DNA of 64,000 nt from Octopus sinensis (Eukaryota), in contig NC_043009.1 in the NCBI RefSeq assembly GCF_006345805.1, forward strand, positions 61,504,001 to 61,568,000. The letters run 5' to 3'. The notes under the pieces were generated by a model, which worked only from the letters and a program-made list of their open reading frames with translations, made no database searches and had not been told where the DNA came from. Shown piece by piece: positions 1-12,500 of the stretch (its first letter is position 1; each line of letters opens with the position of its first letter). The translations under genes were made by a program, and so were the position numbers.

Positions 1-305
1 TTTCATAAGTTTAATCTCTGATTGTCCTCAAGTGTTTTATTCACTGGTTCAGTGATAAAGATGCTATTACACTTACATTACGAATAAAATGTTCCTAGTT
101 TCAGCCTAGTCTGACACTTGATGTAAAACTCCAAAAATAGATTACATGATGATGATATGGAAACGAACTCTCATACTGCACGGTAGATGTAACTTATAGA
201 CTGGAAAATTGGCATTTTATACATTCAATACATTTGAACCTTTCGTACATAGATTGCGTCTACTGAACTCAAAAGATTATATAAACTGATTAGAGATTGT
301 GCAAG

Positions 306-745
306 TATCATTATCATCATCATCATATGACTAGCATTGGTTGGACAGTTTGACTGGAGCTAGTAAGTCCTGGTGCCATACCAGGCTCTAATTATCTGTT
401 TTGGCATGGGTTCTATTGCTAGATGCCCTTCCTAACACCAACCATTTTACAGAGTGTACTAAGTGCCTCTTACATCGCACCAGTGCTTTTTACATGGCAC
501 CAGTACCGGAGTCTCTTACATGGCACCAGCACTAGTGCCTCTTACATGGCACCAGCACTGGTGTCTCTTAAATGACACCAGTACCAGGGCTTCTTACATT
601 GCACCAACACCAGTGCTTTTTACGTGGTGCCAGAACCAGTGCTTTATATGTGGAACCAGCTTTATGCATGGCACCAGTACTGGTGAAAAACCTCACTGCA
701 TTGAGGAGTGGCTTTAGCCAGGAGTCAGTTCAGGCCTTGTGGGTG
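306..745 (-). mobile_element. SINE/retroposon family B ((GAT)n tail) with internal minisatellite expansion
   Basis: Family core catgggttggac...ctggatgcccttcctaacgccaaccac...gtgcttttac; recurs at ~11515, 14672, 20266, 20690, 42236, 45765, 49618, 51104, 56315, 57530, 62608. Confidence 0.85.
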
Positions 746-1515
746 GAATTGGATAGTTGGAAATGGTGAACCCTTCAGCACATTGATTCTCAACTGGGGT
801 CAGAATTTTATTAAAATTTTCTCAGCAATAAATTGCTTATACTAGAACAATGCACCAACTATTTTGCCCTTTTTTTTTTTTATATATACACAACTCCAAA
901 TGATATTTAATAAATATAATAGGATATTTAAAACTTTGAATGACTGCAAGTCCACCAACATAAAATACAAAAAAAAGAGGCTCATATGTAAAAAAATGGT
1001 TGGGAATCTGTTTAGCATTTAAACGATCCAAATTTGGCCCAAATATCCTATCTGTTTTATGTTCAAACCAGCCAGATCCATCCTCTCATGCCTACGGTAT
1101 AATGTAGGATTAATTAAAAATGATGTCAATAAATAAGTATTACATTTGTCTGGGTAAGCTTAATGCTAAAGACTTTTAATGGGTTACTCCTGTTACTCAG
1201 TTTCTTACTGATTCTGTCTGAAGTTCACAAGAAGAGCACAAATGTCTATAAAATTCTTCACATTTTACTATATAATTCAGTGGATGAGCAGTTCAGTCAT
1301 ATTACTAAAACACTCTTCAAAAATGACAAGACTTTTTTGGAATTATTTTTCTTTTTTAAGAAAAAAGGAATTTTTATTCACTAACATCACTTATTGTTTT
1401 CCATCTTTCCTGCTGTCATTAAATTAATCCAAAACAAACAGTGATGCACTGGTATTTTACCATATTTTCCAGCATGCAAGTCAGCACAGTATACAATGTA
1501 AAATATGTTCTCTAA

Positions 1516-1736
1516 CCCTTTAGCATTTAAACCGGCCATATCCGGCCAAAAGTATTCAGCCTGTTTTATGTTCAAACTGGCCAGATCTGGTCTCTCACAC
1601 CAACCCTACAATATCGTTTTAAAAATTAACAGCTACCTCATCAAAATCTCAAAGCTACAAGATAATGCATGATTAGTTCAAAACAATGTGGATAAAAAAG
1701 CATTAATTTTGGCAGAATAATGTGAACACTAAAGGG
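1516..1736. mobile_element. piggyBac-like MITE (family C)
   Basis: Ends CCCTTTAG...CTAAAGGG, 221 bp, flanked by CTAA on both sides; partial copy at ~1010-1115. Confidence 0.8.
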
Positions 1737-1824
1737 CTAAAGTTGTTCTGGTGTACTAGTCAACTTGTTTCTCTCTCTCTCTTTCTCTCTCTCTCTCTTT
1801 ATCTATCTATCTAAAATATGGTAA

Positions 1825-2005
1825 ATTACAGCATGTGTTGTAGGTGCCATTACATTGTTACATTCTGAGTTCAAATTCTGCTGAGGTCGGCTTTGCCTTT
1901 CATCCTTTCAGGATCAATTAAATAAGCACCAGTTATGCACTGGAGTTGATGTAATTGACTTAATCCCTCTACCTGTCCTTGTTTGTCTCCTCTGTAAAGA
2001 AATAA
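1825..2005 (+). mobile_element. tRNA-derived SINE family E (diverged)
   Basis: B-box-like gagttcaaattc followed by gaggtcggctttgcctttcatcctttc; partial copy ~2295-2410. Confidence 0.8.
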
Positions 2006-2588
2006 ATATCATGATAGTGAGTGGTTTGTTTGAATTGTTAATTCCTTCATGTATCTGACTTACTTCCCATGCATCTGCCCATGCAGCTGAATAAGCTGCT
2101 TACTTCCTGAAGAAGATAGCTATTCACCTCGGATAAACATTTCCTTGTGTTTGAACTTTATCAAGATTTCTCTCCAATTTAATAAATATTGTTTGCAATG
2201 CTTTTAAAAGGATTTCATCTACAATTATGATTTCTTTAATATAACATGAAATTTTTTAGCAAATTAACGTTTAAGTCTGTTTTTGTTATTTTGCTATTTA
2301 ACCCCTCAGGATCGATGAAATAAAGTATCAGTCAATACTGGGATTGATGATATTGACTAAACCACCCCTTTCCTATCAAAATTGCTGATCTTGTACCTAG
2401 ATTAGAAACCATTATTGTTACTAAAGTTACATACCAACTGCTTGATAGCTAAACATACATGGATAAAAGAAATTTTTACAAGATAAGTTGTCACAAAATG
2501 CCTTGGGGATAAGTTAGCTGGAATTTTTCTTTTATCAGGCTGCAACAACTTCTTAGTTGTCACAAGATATCTTGTGATCAGTGTTTAA

Positions 2589-2813
2589 CCCTTTAGCAAT
2601 TTAATCTGGCCATATCCAGCCTCAAATATTCCACCTGTTTTATTATGTTAAAACTGACTAGGTACAGCTTCTCACACCCTACTCTACAATGTTATTCTAA
2701 AAATATACAAACACATCATTGAAATTTTGAAGCTACAAAATCATGCCTGATTAATTCAAAGCAACGTGAATAAATAAGCAAGACATTTGACAACGAAATC
2801 TGGTTGCTAAAGG
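2589..2813. mobile_element. piggyBac-like MITE (family C)
   Basis: TTAA-CCCTTTAG start, internal similarity to 1516-1736, degenerate right end ctaaagg. Confidence 0.75.
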
Positions 2814-2975
2814 TTTTGTGGTTAAAGCGAATTAACAGATTGATGATAAATAATATAGCAAAACATCGCTAACATTGTAACATTGGTGTGAATCGAGGGG
2901 GTGACTGTGATTGTGTAGGTGTTTGAGTTTGTTGTAGGAGATACTCACAGCAATCCTAAACCAAGAAATAGTTGA

Positions 2976-3296
<321 letters not shown>

Positions 3297-3714
3297 TAAG
3301 TCTGTTGTAATTGCTTTTTATCATTATCCATCTGGTTTGACACTCTTTGTTAATCTTGTTGTGGTTGGCCTTACCAAAGAAGATGCAAAGATGCTTTGGC
3401 AATTTAGTTGTCTCTCCATCATCGCAGCTAAAATCAATTCTTCCAACAGGCTGCTTTATTTTCTGTTGTTATATTTTTCTGTCAAACACCCGTAGGCTAA
3501 TAATATATATCATATTGAGATCATCTGGACAGAAAAATTCCATCAGAGATTGGGATTTATCAGTAGTTCAATCCTTATGTTCCCCTAGCTGTGTGACTGC
3601 AAAACAGCTGACTTAGTCTGTGACGTGAGAGATTTTTAACAAATGGAGTGCTCTTTTCTCATCTTCATCTGGAGAAACAAGTTATTTATTCTTGTCTCTT
3701 TCTTCTTTCTACAG

Positions 3715-4234
3715 AGACTACATGGATAGATTCCTCGACCAAGACCAGGATAGCCCGTCTCCTGCAACAACAAGGGACCGGTCGTCTAGTCCGAATTTTA
3801 GCATGCTGATTTACGGAGATCAGAAACGTCACCAGCTGAAACCCACAATAGATGTTGACAACCTCACCAACTTCCAGTCTATAGGCAGCTTATCTGTATT
3901 GGATAACTCTAGCAGTACTAAAGTTTTAGACTCTGCTGTAGATCATCACAATGTCGACACAAACAGCAATGGACCAGGCAAGCAGGTCATTTCTCGGCTT
4001 GAAAGACATGACGACGTTTCCGACGACACGTTAGAGCCACCTAGTGCCAAAAAATGTAAACTTGACTTGAAAAGTGAAATAGAGATGAATTATTCAGCTA
4101 AACATTTCTTAGAGTCAAATCTCTTGAACCCGCTGACACTGACAGAAGTATCAAAGCTTTCAAACGATAACACACTGGCCTCTGGGGAGTCGCTACACTT
4201 CTCACAGCCAACAGCTGAGTCTGTCGCACAGTAA
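3715..4234 (+). CDS. MIER1: MIER-family protein, terminal coding exon
   Basis: Polypyrimidine acceptor tctttctacag|A; phase 2 joins AC+A=Thr then DYMDRFLDQDQDSPS (MIER TDYMDRLLD motif); open to TAA at 4232-4234; contains basic PPSAKKCK. Confidence 0.93.
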
Positions 4235-5250
4235 AAACAGTAAAAAACTGAAATTACGTAAAAGACAAAACAGAAACTCATAAAACAGACAGTAAATAAA
4301 TTTGAAATAAAAAAAAAAGAGAAAAAAAAATGTAAATGTGAAGTTAACAGTGCGACTGTTCAGATGAGGGGTGGGAGGGAGGGGATGGGTGGATGGGGGG
4401 GACACATTCCAGGAGAATACCAGACATTGTGCAATAAACTGGTTGCACACACACACACACACACACACATATACATACATACATACACACACACACTCAT
4501 GCACGTATGTACAAAGTGTATGGCTGACATGATGTATTGACTGTTATTGGGGGAGAAAATTGCCTACACTGTTGTACCATCTTGTCCTCTCATTCTTCTT
4601 TCATTCTGCCCCCTTTTCCAAGCTTCTTCTGTGTAATTTCTCTCCTGAAAAAGTTTCACAAAGGTCTCTTACTTTAAAAATGTATTGCTGGGAATCCCAG
4701 CCTCTCTCTCTCTCTTCTCTCTCTTTCTCCTCTCTCTCTCACTCTCTGACTAAAATAATTATAAAACACCAATTATTAAAATTAATTATTTTCTTTTTTT
4801 TTTTTTTTTCTTTTTTAAATTACAGTCGATTTTGGAAAAGGCAATTTAAAAAAAGAATAATGGTCAGAGTGATGATGGGGAGAGAATAGAGAGAAAAAAA
4901 AAGTAAATTTCGAGTACGTCAGGACACAATACCTACCCCCTGCTCCTCTCAGCAATACTCCTGTACCTCAAAAGTTCTTCGCTCTATTTCTGTTACCGGT
5001 GAAAGTAATCAAGTGTAGCCGGTCACCGTCAGTACTCGATCCTTTGTTAAATCTCTGCGTGTGCACACACGCAGCTGCTGGAGTTGAAAGTAGAAGAAAA
5101 AGTTGGCAACCCAAAGGTTTCTTGTATTTCACTGTTCCACATGTAAACGTTTCTTATCAACATAAGAAATTGCATATTGTTCCCAAAACTTGTGTACTAT
5201 CATTCTGTGAGAGGGGGACCCCCACCCCCCCTTTAATACATTGTCTCCCT
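4235..5250 (+). other. Probable MIER 3'UTR
   Basis: Follows the stop; AATAAA near 4295, 4305 and 4433, AATACA near 5236; repeat-free. True end unknown. Confidence 0.5.
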
Positions 5251-5444
5251 GTCGATGAAATGGTTTCATTGTCAACATAAGCAACACAACTTTCAACAAT
5301 AGGCAAAAGGAAATGGTGAAATTTTGAAAAACGCTCTCCTCCCGCCTTCCCCTTCAGTTTTTCTAACTTTCCACCTGCTACTGTAAAATAATGACTGACA
5401 TACATACATATATGCACGCCCCCCCTCCCCCCCCCCCAACACAC

Positions 5445-5471
5445 ACACACAGAAATGTATGTATATTTATT
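5445..5471 (-). terminator. Poly(A) signal and cleavage region of a - strand transcript
   Basis: On - strand: long U-rich tract (5500-5590), AATAAA at 5466-5471, then CA dinucleotides and a GU-rich element (tgtgtgtgtgttgggg). Confidence 0.55.
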
Positions 5472-6933
5472 GGTACTACACCGAAACACATCACATTGAA
5501 AAGAAGGTTGATGAGAAAAAATCTTTAAAATTGGAAAAACAAAATAATTAAAAAATTACAAAAAAAAAAACAAAAACAACAAATGACAGACATTTCTCCG
5601 AGCAACAGTTTTTGCTGGGAACTATTTATGGAAAGGACATCATAAATTATACACAATCTCTCTCTTTTCTTTTTTTTTTCCGGCTGATGTTCAGCTTACT
5701 AAAACAGCTGATTTTTAACAAAACATTTGAAGAAAAGCAAAATACAACTTGAATTCCAAACTGATCCCTCCAACCGAACCATTTTTTAAAAAAACTAATT
5801 CACAGGCCATAACTAGAAATCATCTAAACTAAATCTTATTCATTTGTCTTTTCCTTTACTCTTCTTCATTTTTGTTTGCCTTTTTTTTTTAATTGTCTTT
5901 TGTTTTCTTTGAGGGTTACATCTGGCCAGACAGACTGTTTCGCGTAATGTATGTGGGACTGCACTAAGCCCTGCTCCACCTAGTTTGTAAATAGGGTATC
6001 TTGGAGAGGTACGGTCCACTTCCGCTATATACATATATAACTGGTGACTGTTTTTGTTGCCATGCAGTACTGAGTTCAAAATCTTATTGTGGGCTTGGAA
6101 TGGGTCCAGGGAAAGTTTTCAGTGAGGTCCCAACTCCCGAGGTAGTTTTTCTGTCATCACTTAACTGTGTCTGCTTTTGTTTTTTTTCCCTCTAGTTTCT
6201 CATAATCGGTGTTCCTCCTTCATGTTTCTGCCTCTCTCCTGTTTTGGGTTGGGGTGTGGGACGGGGGACATAACATTAGTCCAATATTTCCTTCTTTCCA
6301 TACTTGACACATGAGCTAATCCATTCAATCTGCTGGCTGGCACACATTTTGACTTCTACATACTGGTAATCCTTATCATCACTTAGTGTTGTCTAAAAAT
6401 AATATATACATACATATATATATATATATATGTAGAATCACCTGTAGCCCCCACCCCCCTCGCCACACTACTTCAGTCTTTTCCTCCCCTCTGCCTTGAA
6501 TCACCCGACTTTGTTCTCAATGCTGAGGCCTTCTAACTCTCACCCACCAAACCCTCCTTGCTCTACATAAACTCTCAGTAGACAAACAGACAGACTACTT
6601 CGGATCATCTTGTGATACTTCTTTATTATTTTCTCCTTTAATTCCACACATTTTGACTCATTTTCTTTTTCAGTTTGTGTGTGTGTGTGTGTATGTATGT
6701 AAATATATGTGGTTACATTGTAGCAATTTAGAAACTTCAAGAGACATGGAAATAGTTTGCTTTTAACTGGAACTTGAAGCAGATAAAGCAATATGTACTA
6801 GCATATGCGTATTGGGTTTTAAAAAAGCCATTTGGATAGCCTTTAACTTTCTCTGTCCAAAGGAATTTTTTAATCCAACATTTACATTTTACTAAATATA
6901 TTTTTATCTGCTTTGAGTTCTCCAGTTAAAAGC

Positions 6934-6964
<31 letters not shown>

Positions 6965-9432
6965 CATATACATATATAACTATTTTACAAATACAATAAG
7001 TTTTTATTTCGGTGCAAAGTCTACCAAAGGGCTCTGTAGAAAAATTTTAAATTATGATTATATATAATGTAGTAGATATAAACACAGTGAAAGAACCAAT
7101 ATATACTTAAGATAAGTACATATTTTTTTGCCCTTCCCTTTCTAGTAGACTTAAATGATGTTTTTCTTCAACAGGCTGCAAATGCTACATGAAGTATTGA
7201 AATATGCATGTTTATATAGACTCAAAGCTTACATGAAGCAAGTTTATGTACATTAAGGATTATGCTGAACTGTTGCGGAACTCTGCACTGAAATACAGCG
7301 ATGTTGTATAGGAAAAAATATTTTTAGTTATATGGTTTCTGTTCTGTATTTTAGATACTGAATCCAGAATAAGTAGAGCGTTGATATTTGGATTCTATGG
7401 CTTTTCAGCTTTGTTCAGAACATACCTCAGTTTGCTGTATACATATGCGTAGTTCACACTGCATTTTTTTCAGTGGCCTGCAAAGTAACACCAACACACA
7501 CACATGTAAAAGGATACATTCACATAGACATACAGGCATATATACATACATATATATATGTATGTATATATTGTGTGTGTCATCCAGAAAGTGTTGCTCT
7601 GAAAAAATATATATTTTAATATGTATATACTTGGGTTGTTTTTTTTTCTCCATTCCCACTACCACATTATACTTTATAATATATTTATAAATATAAATGC
7701 ATGTGTGTGTGTGTATATGTTTATAGATATATGTGTATGATATAAAATATACGTACACACACACATGTATACATCTGCAGACACACATGTATGCATTTGT
7801 GCTTGAGGGTGTGAATGTGTGTATGTTTGGTTTATGTTTCAAATTCATTATCTTCTTATGTTTTCTTGTTTTTGAACAAAAAAATTATCTTTTGAAATAC
7901 TTCTTTCGTTGTATTGTAAATATATAATATAATGCAAATACACTTTTTTTTTTTTTTCCTTCCATCTCTGATTTTCTCTAAAAAAAAAAAAATTATTTAA
8001 TGGTATAATGCCTGGAATATATGTACCCATCACATCACCATCGTTGTTGCTGCTCGTTATGTACCCTATACATACTCAGTGTGTACATATATATAATTTA
8101 TATATATATATATATATATATTCATTCATGTGTATATGTACATGTACATATTTTCATCTATGTATGAATGTACATCATCACATATATTCAGATATGTATG
8201 GATGTCCATATATATGTATATATATATATATAAATGTGTGTGTATATATTATATGTAAATTTTTATGAGAACTGTTCCATGGTAAACCTCATTTTTGTTT
8301 TCTCACCTTGCATATAGATGTTGGTGTTGCATTCTAAAGGGGAGCACTACACCTCCCAACGATTCTGGGGTGGGTGCCTGCACTGCTCTTTAGTTTTGTC
8401 TCAACACCACCAACAACAACGACAATTGTGTTAATTTAAAAAAAACTCTGGACAAGGGCTCTCACTGCTGGTCTGTTGGCAGTAGCAGTGATGATACAAG
8501 CGCAGCAGACATCACATCATTACCATTTAAAAAACCTGTTCCTTGCCTTCTTTTTACCTGGCCCGCTCACTTATTTATATATAAAAAAAATAACGATCAT
8601 TTTTTTTTTTTTTTTTTTTTTTTTCTACCCTTTCACCTCTATCTTCTACTTACTCTACTATCATGTTACAGAAAAAGTTTGGCCTGGATTCTGAGAGTTG
8701 ACAGTGATCGTGAACAAGACAACAACAATTAAAAAAAAAAACAAAAAACAAAAAAAAAAGGTTGACAGTTGCTGTACATATCCACAGCCACTGGACATTG
8801 TAGGATATTTTTACACAAAATAAATTGTCTACTTGAATATCTCTGCATGTTTATATAAATAGCTTGCCACTAATTATATATCCCTATGCATTCACTTGAT
8901 ATCAGTTGATTACAAACTCTTGTCTCACCTTTTTATTTATTCATTTTTGCTTTTCATATATATATTTCAAGATGAGGAGTAATTTTAGCTCAACCTTCTA
9001 TGAGCTTCTGGATGGAAGCAGTCATCTAACTCTTTTAAGAAACTCTCTAAATTGTAAGCCAGGTTGAATTTCTCAACGTTTAACCTTGAAGTAGGATTGG
9101 TTATTATTTTATTATTTCAAAACAAGTTTAAGGATAACAACAGACCCATTACTAATGGTCTGACTCCATACTGAGACTCAAGTGACATCTGTGAAGATCA
9201 AGTTCACTTGGACATTACCATGTGTGTGTGTGTGTATGCTATTCACTCGACCATTTTATAATTTGAGTACAATGTTTGCACTTGCTATATACAGCTAATG
9301 TTTAATGTGAGTGTGTGTGTATATTATATAAGAAATACATTCTGTGTTTTACTTAGGTAATCACATGTTCGTGAATAGTAGTGTACACCTGTATACATGT
9401 GTTATATACCTGACAGTTATTGTCACTACTTC

Positions 9433-9467
<35 letters not shown>

Positions 9468-10754
9468 GAATGTACAAGTAAGGTATGGTTCTCCCACCTG
9501 TCTAAAAGGTCTGTAATTCCAGATAATAACTCATATTTGACATGAGAAAGTAACCAAAAGCGCATGAACAGTACATGGAATAAGGCACAGGAAAAAAGAT
9601 GTAAACATACCACTTTGTGTGGCTGCTGGAGATTTTAATTCATTCCTAGGTCTCATGCTGTTCACTTTCGTGTCAAGATGAATTGTTTCCATTGATAAAA
9701 ACAAAACTGTTTGTGGATATGACAGTAGGCGTTTGGTATTTGTGTGTTTTAGTGTTGGGTGAGGATTTTGTCTGAAAGTTTGTTCCTTTTGGAACAGGAA
9801 ATTCAGTTCTTAGCAAAATAGAGGTTTTACAAAAACATATTGGGTTAAATTCAAGTCTCCATGGGAGCAACAGACTTAAATAAAATATAGCTGCATAATG
9901 TGGCCATAAATATCTGGAAAGACTTTCTGATCATGGAGGTGGAAAGTGTTTCTAATTATCAGGTGGAAATAATGGCAGGAAAGATGAGCTACAGATCCAT
10001 TAGAAATGGTGCAGAGTGTGAAGGTGTGTAGTCTCGTGGTCAGGGTGGTGACCTCGCAATCATAACATTGCGGGTTCAATTCCTGAACAGAGGGGCACAC
10101 TGTGACTTAGAGTGGGTCACTTCATTTCTCTCTGCTCACCTCTATTGTGCCAATCTCACTCTCTCCCTTTAGTTGTTGTTACATTTTCAATACTCTGAGC
10201 CAAGGGCTGAAGAGCTCGGACATTGTCTCTGCTCACAACTACACAGGTATCCAAAGCATGGTACTTACTGCATGCAAAGTCACACTCACTTGTGAATGAC
10301 AGCTGTTCTTACCTGTCCTACTCTGCAGGTTAACATTAGAGAGAAGCTGCAGTGTAGTGCAATTAAAAGCAATGTGCTAAAAACAATTAATTACCGTTGA
10401 GTTAACTTGAACATTGTTTTCTGAAATAAATTACATTACAGATTTTATAAATAGTATAATAGTTGAATTACCATATACTAAATATGAATATAATCTGCTG
10501 GCTTCATTTGTATATAAACATATTTTTTATTAATATTTAGCAGAAGCAATGTGACTGAAGGGATGAGAGATTCGTGTGTTGGCACTTATCGAACTGAGTT
10601 GCTTCTGTTAAATATTAATAAAATACATATATATTCTCATGTTTTGAGTTCTATTTTTCCTGTTTACATCACGAAACCTGTAACCAAAACACTTGGATAC
10701 TGAAATTTAGCTTTTCATTAAACAAGCGAATGTCCAAATGGTAAATAGCCTCTG
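5472..10754 (-). other. Candidate long 3'UTR of an unidentified - strand gene
   Basis: 5.3 kb with only one short SINE head, many U-rich and microsatellite tracts, bounded by a candidate stop (10755) and the poly(A) site. Strand is inferred. Confidence 0.45.
10020..10105 (+). mobile_element. tRNA-like SINE head
   Basis: gtagtctcgtggtcagggtgg A-box-like and gggttcaattcctg B-box; no intact cloverleaf evident. Confidence 0.55.
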
Positions 10755-10790
10755 TTAAAAATGAGCATCTGTCCATCCTTGTGCAAAATC
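10755..10790 (-). CDS. Candidate terminal coding exon DFAQGWTDAHF*
   Basis: Acceptor catttattactacag|GAT, phase 0, 11 codons plus TAA; in phase with the 11057-11122 exon across a 266-nt GT-AG intron. Confidence 0.45.
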   Translation of the reverse strand, partial: DFAQGWTDAHF

Positions 10791-11056
10791 CTGTAGTAAT
10801 AAATGCATGGGTTGTACTTTTATTTTCAAATGTATAAATTGAATTTGGTTTATAGGATATGGCACTTGAATTTTTTTATATAAATATAAACTAATTTGAA
10901 TGGGAAGCATTTAAAATAAGATATGTGAATGAATGCAGTGTTCCAATATATACTGTCTATGCAGTGTCGTTCAAGAGTAATTAGGGTGAGGAGAATTTAT
11001 TAGTTCATTCATTACAACCTTTAGTCTTATACTGTCTCTTGAATCCTCTGTTTTAC

Positions 11057-11122
11057 CTCAAGAGGACCTTGGACTCTGGATTTTTTTGTGTATGCATTTT
11101 CCTGAGTAAGATCTGGATCTCC
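11057..11122 (-). CDS. Candidate internal coding exon GDPDLTQENAYTKKSRVQGPLE
   Basis: Acceptor ctttaccaaattccatag|GGA, donor GAG|gtaaaa, 66 nt, phase 0-0, open frame. No family recognised. Confidence 0.45.
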
Positions 11123-12169
11123 CTATGGAATTTGGTAAAGATTCGTTGCAAAATGGCATTTCATTACAAAAGTCAATGATTTGTGCATATGTATGTATAT
11201 AGTACATACACTGTCACATGTGCTAGCCAATAATCAGAACTACTGGACTTGATGCCTGCACTGTCCTATCGTTCCTGATTGAGCAGGCCTATGATAATAG
11301 CCATTCTGACCATGACCATCTTGGTCTACATTATCAAATGTGTCATCTTATCTGTTAAGAATAGTAGAGTGTAATTCTTCAGGTTAGACAACATATTTGA
11401 ATCCAGTGTAACTTAGCATAATTGTCTTGAACTTTCCAATCTGTACTTTTGGACACACTAATTTCCAGAACAAAGAACTGTAGTATAATAATCTCATATG
11501 TGAATTATATATATGTTAATGTTTGCCTTTCCATGCTGCCATGGGTTGAATGAATCATCACAGACAATCATTTGAAGTTAGTACCCTTCTGGATAGGTTG
11601 GGAACTGTCTATGGGTGGCAGCTCTTTCTATCACTAACCACTTTACAAAGCATATTGGGTGCACCAATCTTGTTCTAGCAATTAATTTGTCCCTGACAAG
11701 ACTAAAGATGTCATTTTTACTGTATGTTGCCTTAGTTGTTTCATCACCAGTAAATAGAAATGGTGAAAGACAGCTACATGACAATTGTGTAAGGAGGGCA
11801 ATTAATGTCAAGAATGAGTGACAGAAGAGAGATAGGGAAACAAGGTATGAGTGAGTGAAGGTAGTGACTACAAAGTATGATGGTAAGTAGGTGACAGAGA
11901 TGGACAGATCTGTGTGATGCCATACTTCATTTCTCAAGTATAGAGATAGTTATCAGAAAGTGGGGGATAATTAAAAGAGGAGAGTGATATATAGAAATTT
12001 ATTGTAGCATAATGGTTAGGAGAGACTTGAATGTAGACATCCCAGTTTGCATTGCAACTATTTTGCATCCATTTTTTTCCACTCTTGCATGGCTTAGATA
12101 AGTTCTCTAGTTCAGCACTTTGCCACTAGTTAGTCTTGTGTTCTACTCTTGAGATCAGACCGCACCACT

Positions 12170-12500
12170 CCATCCTATATTTTCCTTGGCTTCTTTCTTC
12201 CATTTATATATAATCCATATGGACTCCTCAGTACTTATACAACCAACATAGTCTATATATATTATATGTTCTACCAATGTAATCTCTCTTGCATGCTACA
12301 TCCTATTCTTATTCCACTTTCTCTCAACTCATTTGTGCTGCATCATTCACGCAAACCAACACAACTCCTCCACCGGTGCATACTTGCCTCATTTCATTTC
12401 AACCATTGCAAATTGTTTGCATTCAAAACCCAGTCTCACCTCCCTGTAACATTATATTTCCTACACAAGCATTGTAGACATTCTTTATTGCCAGCAGAGT
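12170..12500 (-). mobile_element. RTE-clade LINE 3' ORF fragment (decayed)
   Basis: - strand resembles YNACVRxxMLxGxETW...LxxNEASMxRW...QERxLxWxxH with stops and frameshifts. Confidence 0.75.

Noticed and set aside
470-685. Repeat-spacer-like array (possible CRISPR)
   Set aside because: Degenerate tandem units without unique spacers, inside a SINE, in a eukaryotic genome with no cas genes.
8518-8570. - strand GPGKKKARNRFFKW** as a C-terminus
   Set aside because: No credible acceptor or upstream frame; embedded in UTR-like sequence.
10020-10100. tRNA gene (also 16864-16935, 47060-47125)
   Set aside because: A/B boxes present but no acceptor-stem pairing; they continue into SINE bodies.
4235-10900. 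Single 6.5-kb MIER 3'UTR with Pumilio sites (TGTAAATA)
   Set aside because: Not excluded but less favoured: PRE-like 8-mers occur on both strands in TA-rich DNA, and the U-rich/AATAAA/GU-rich arrangement at 5445-5590 points to the - strand.
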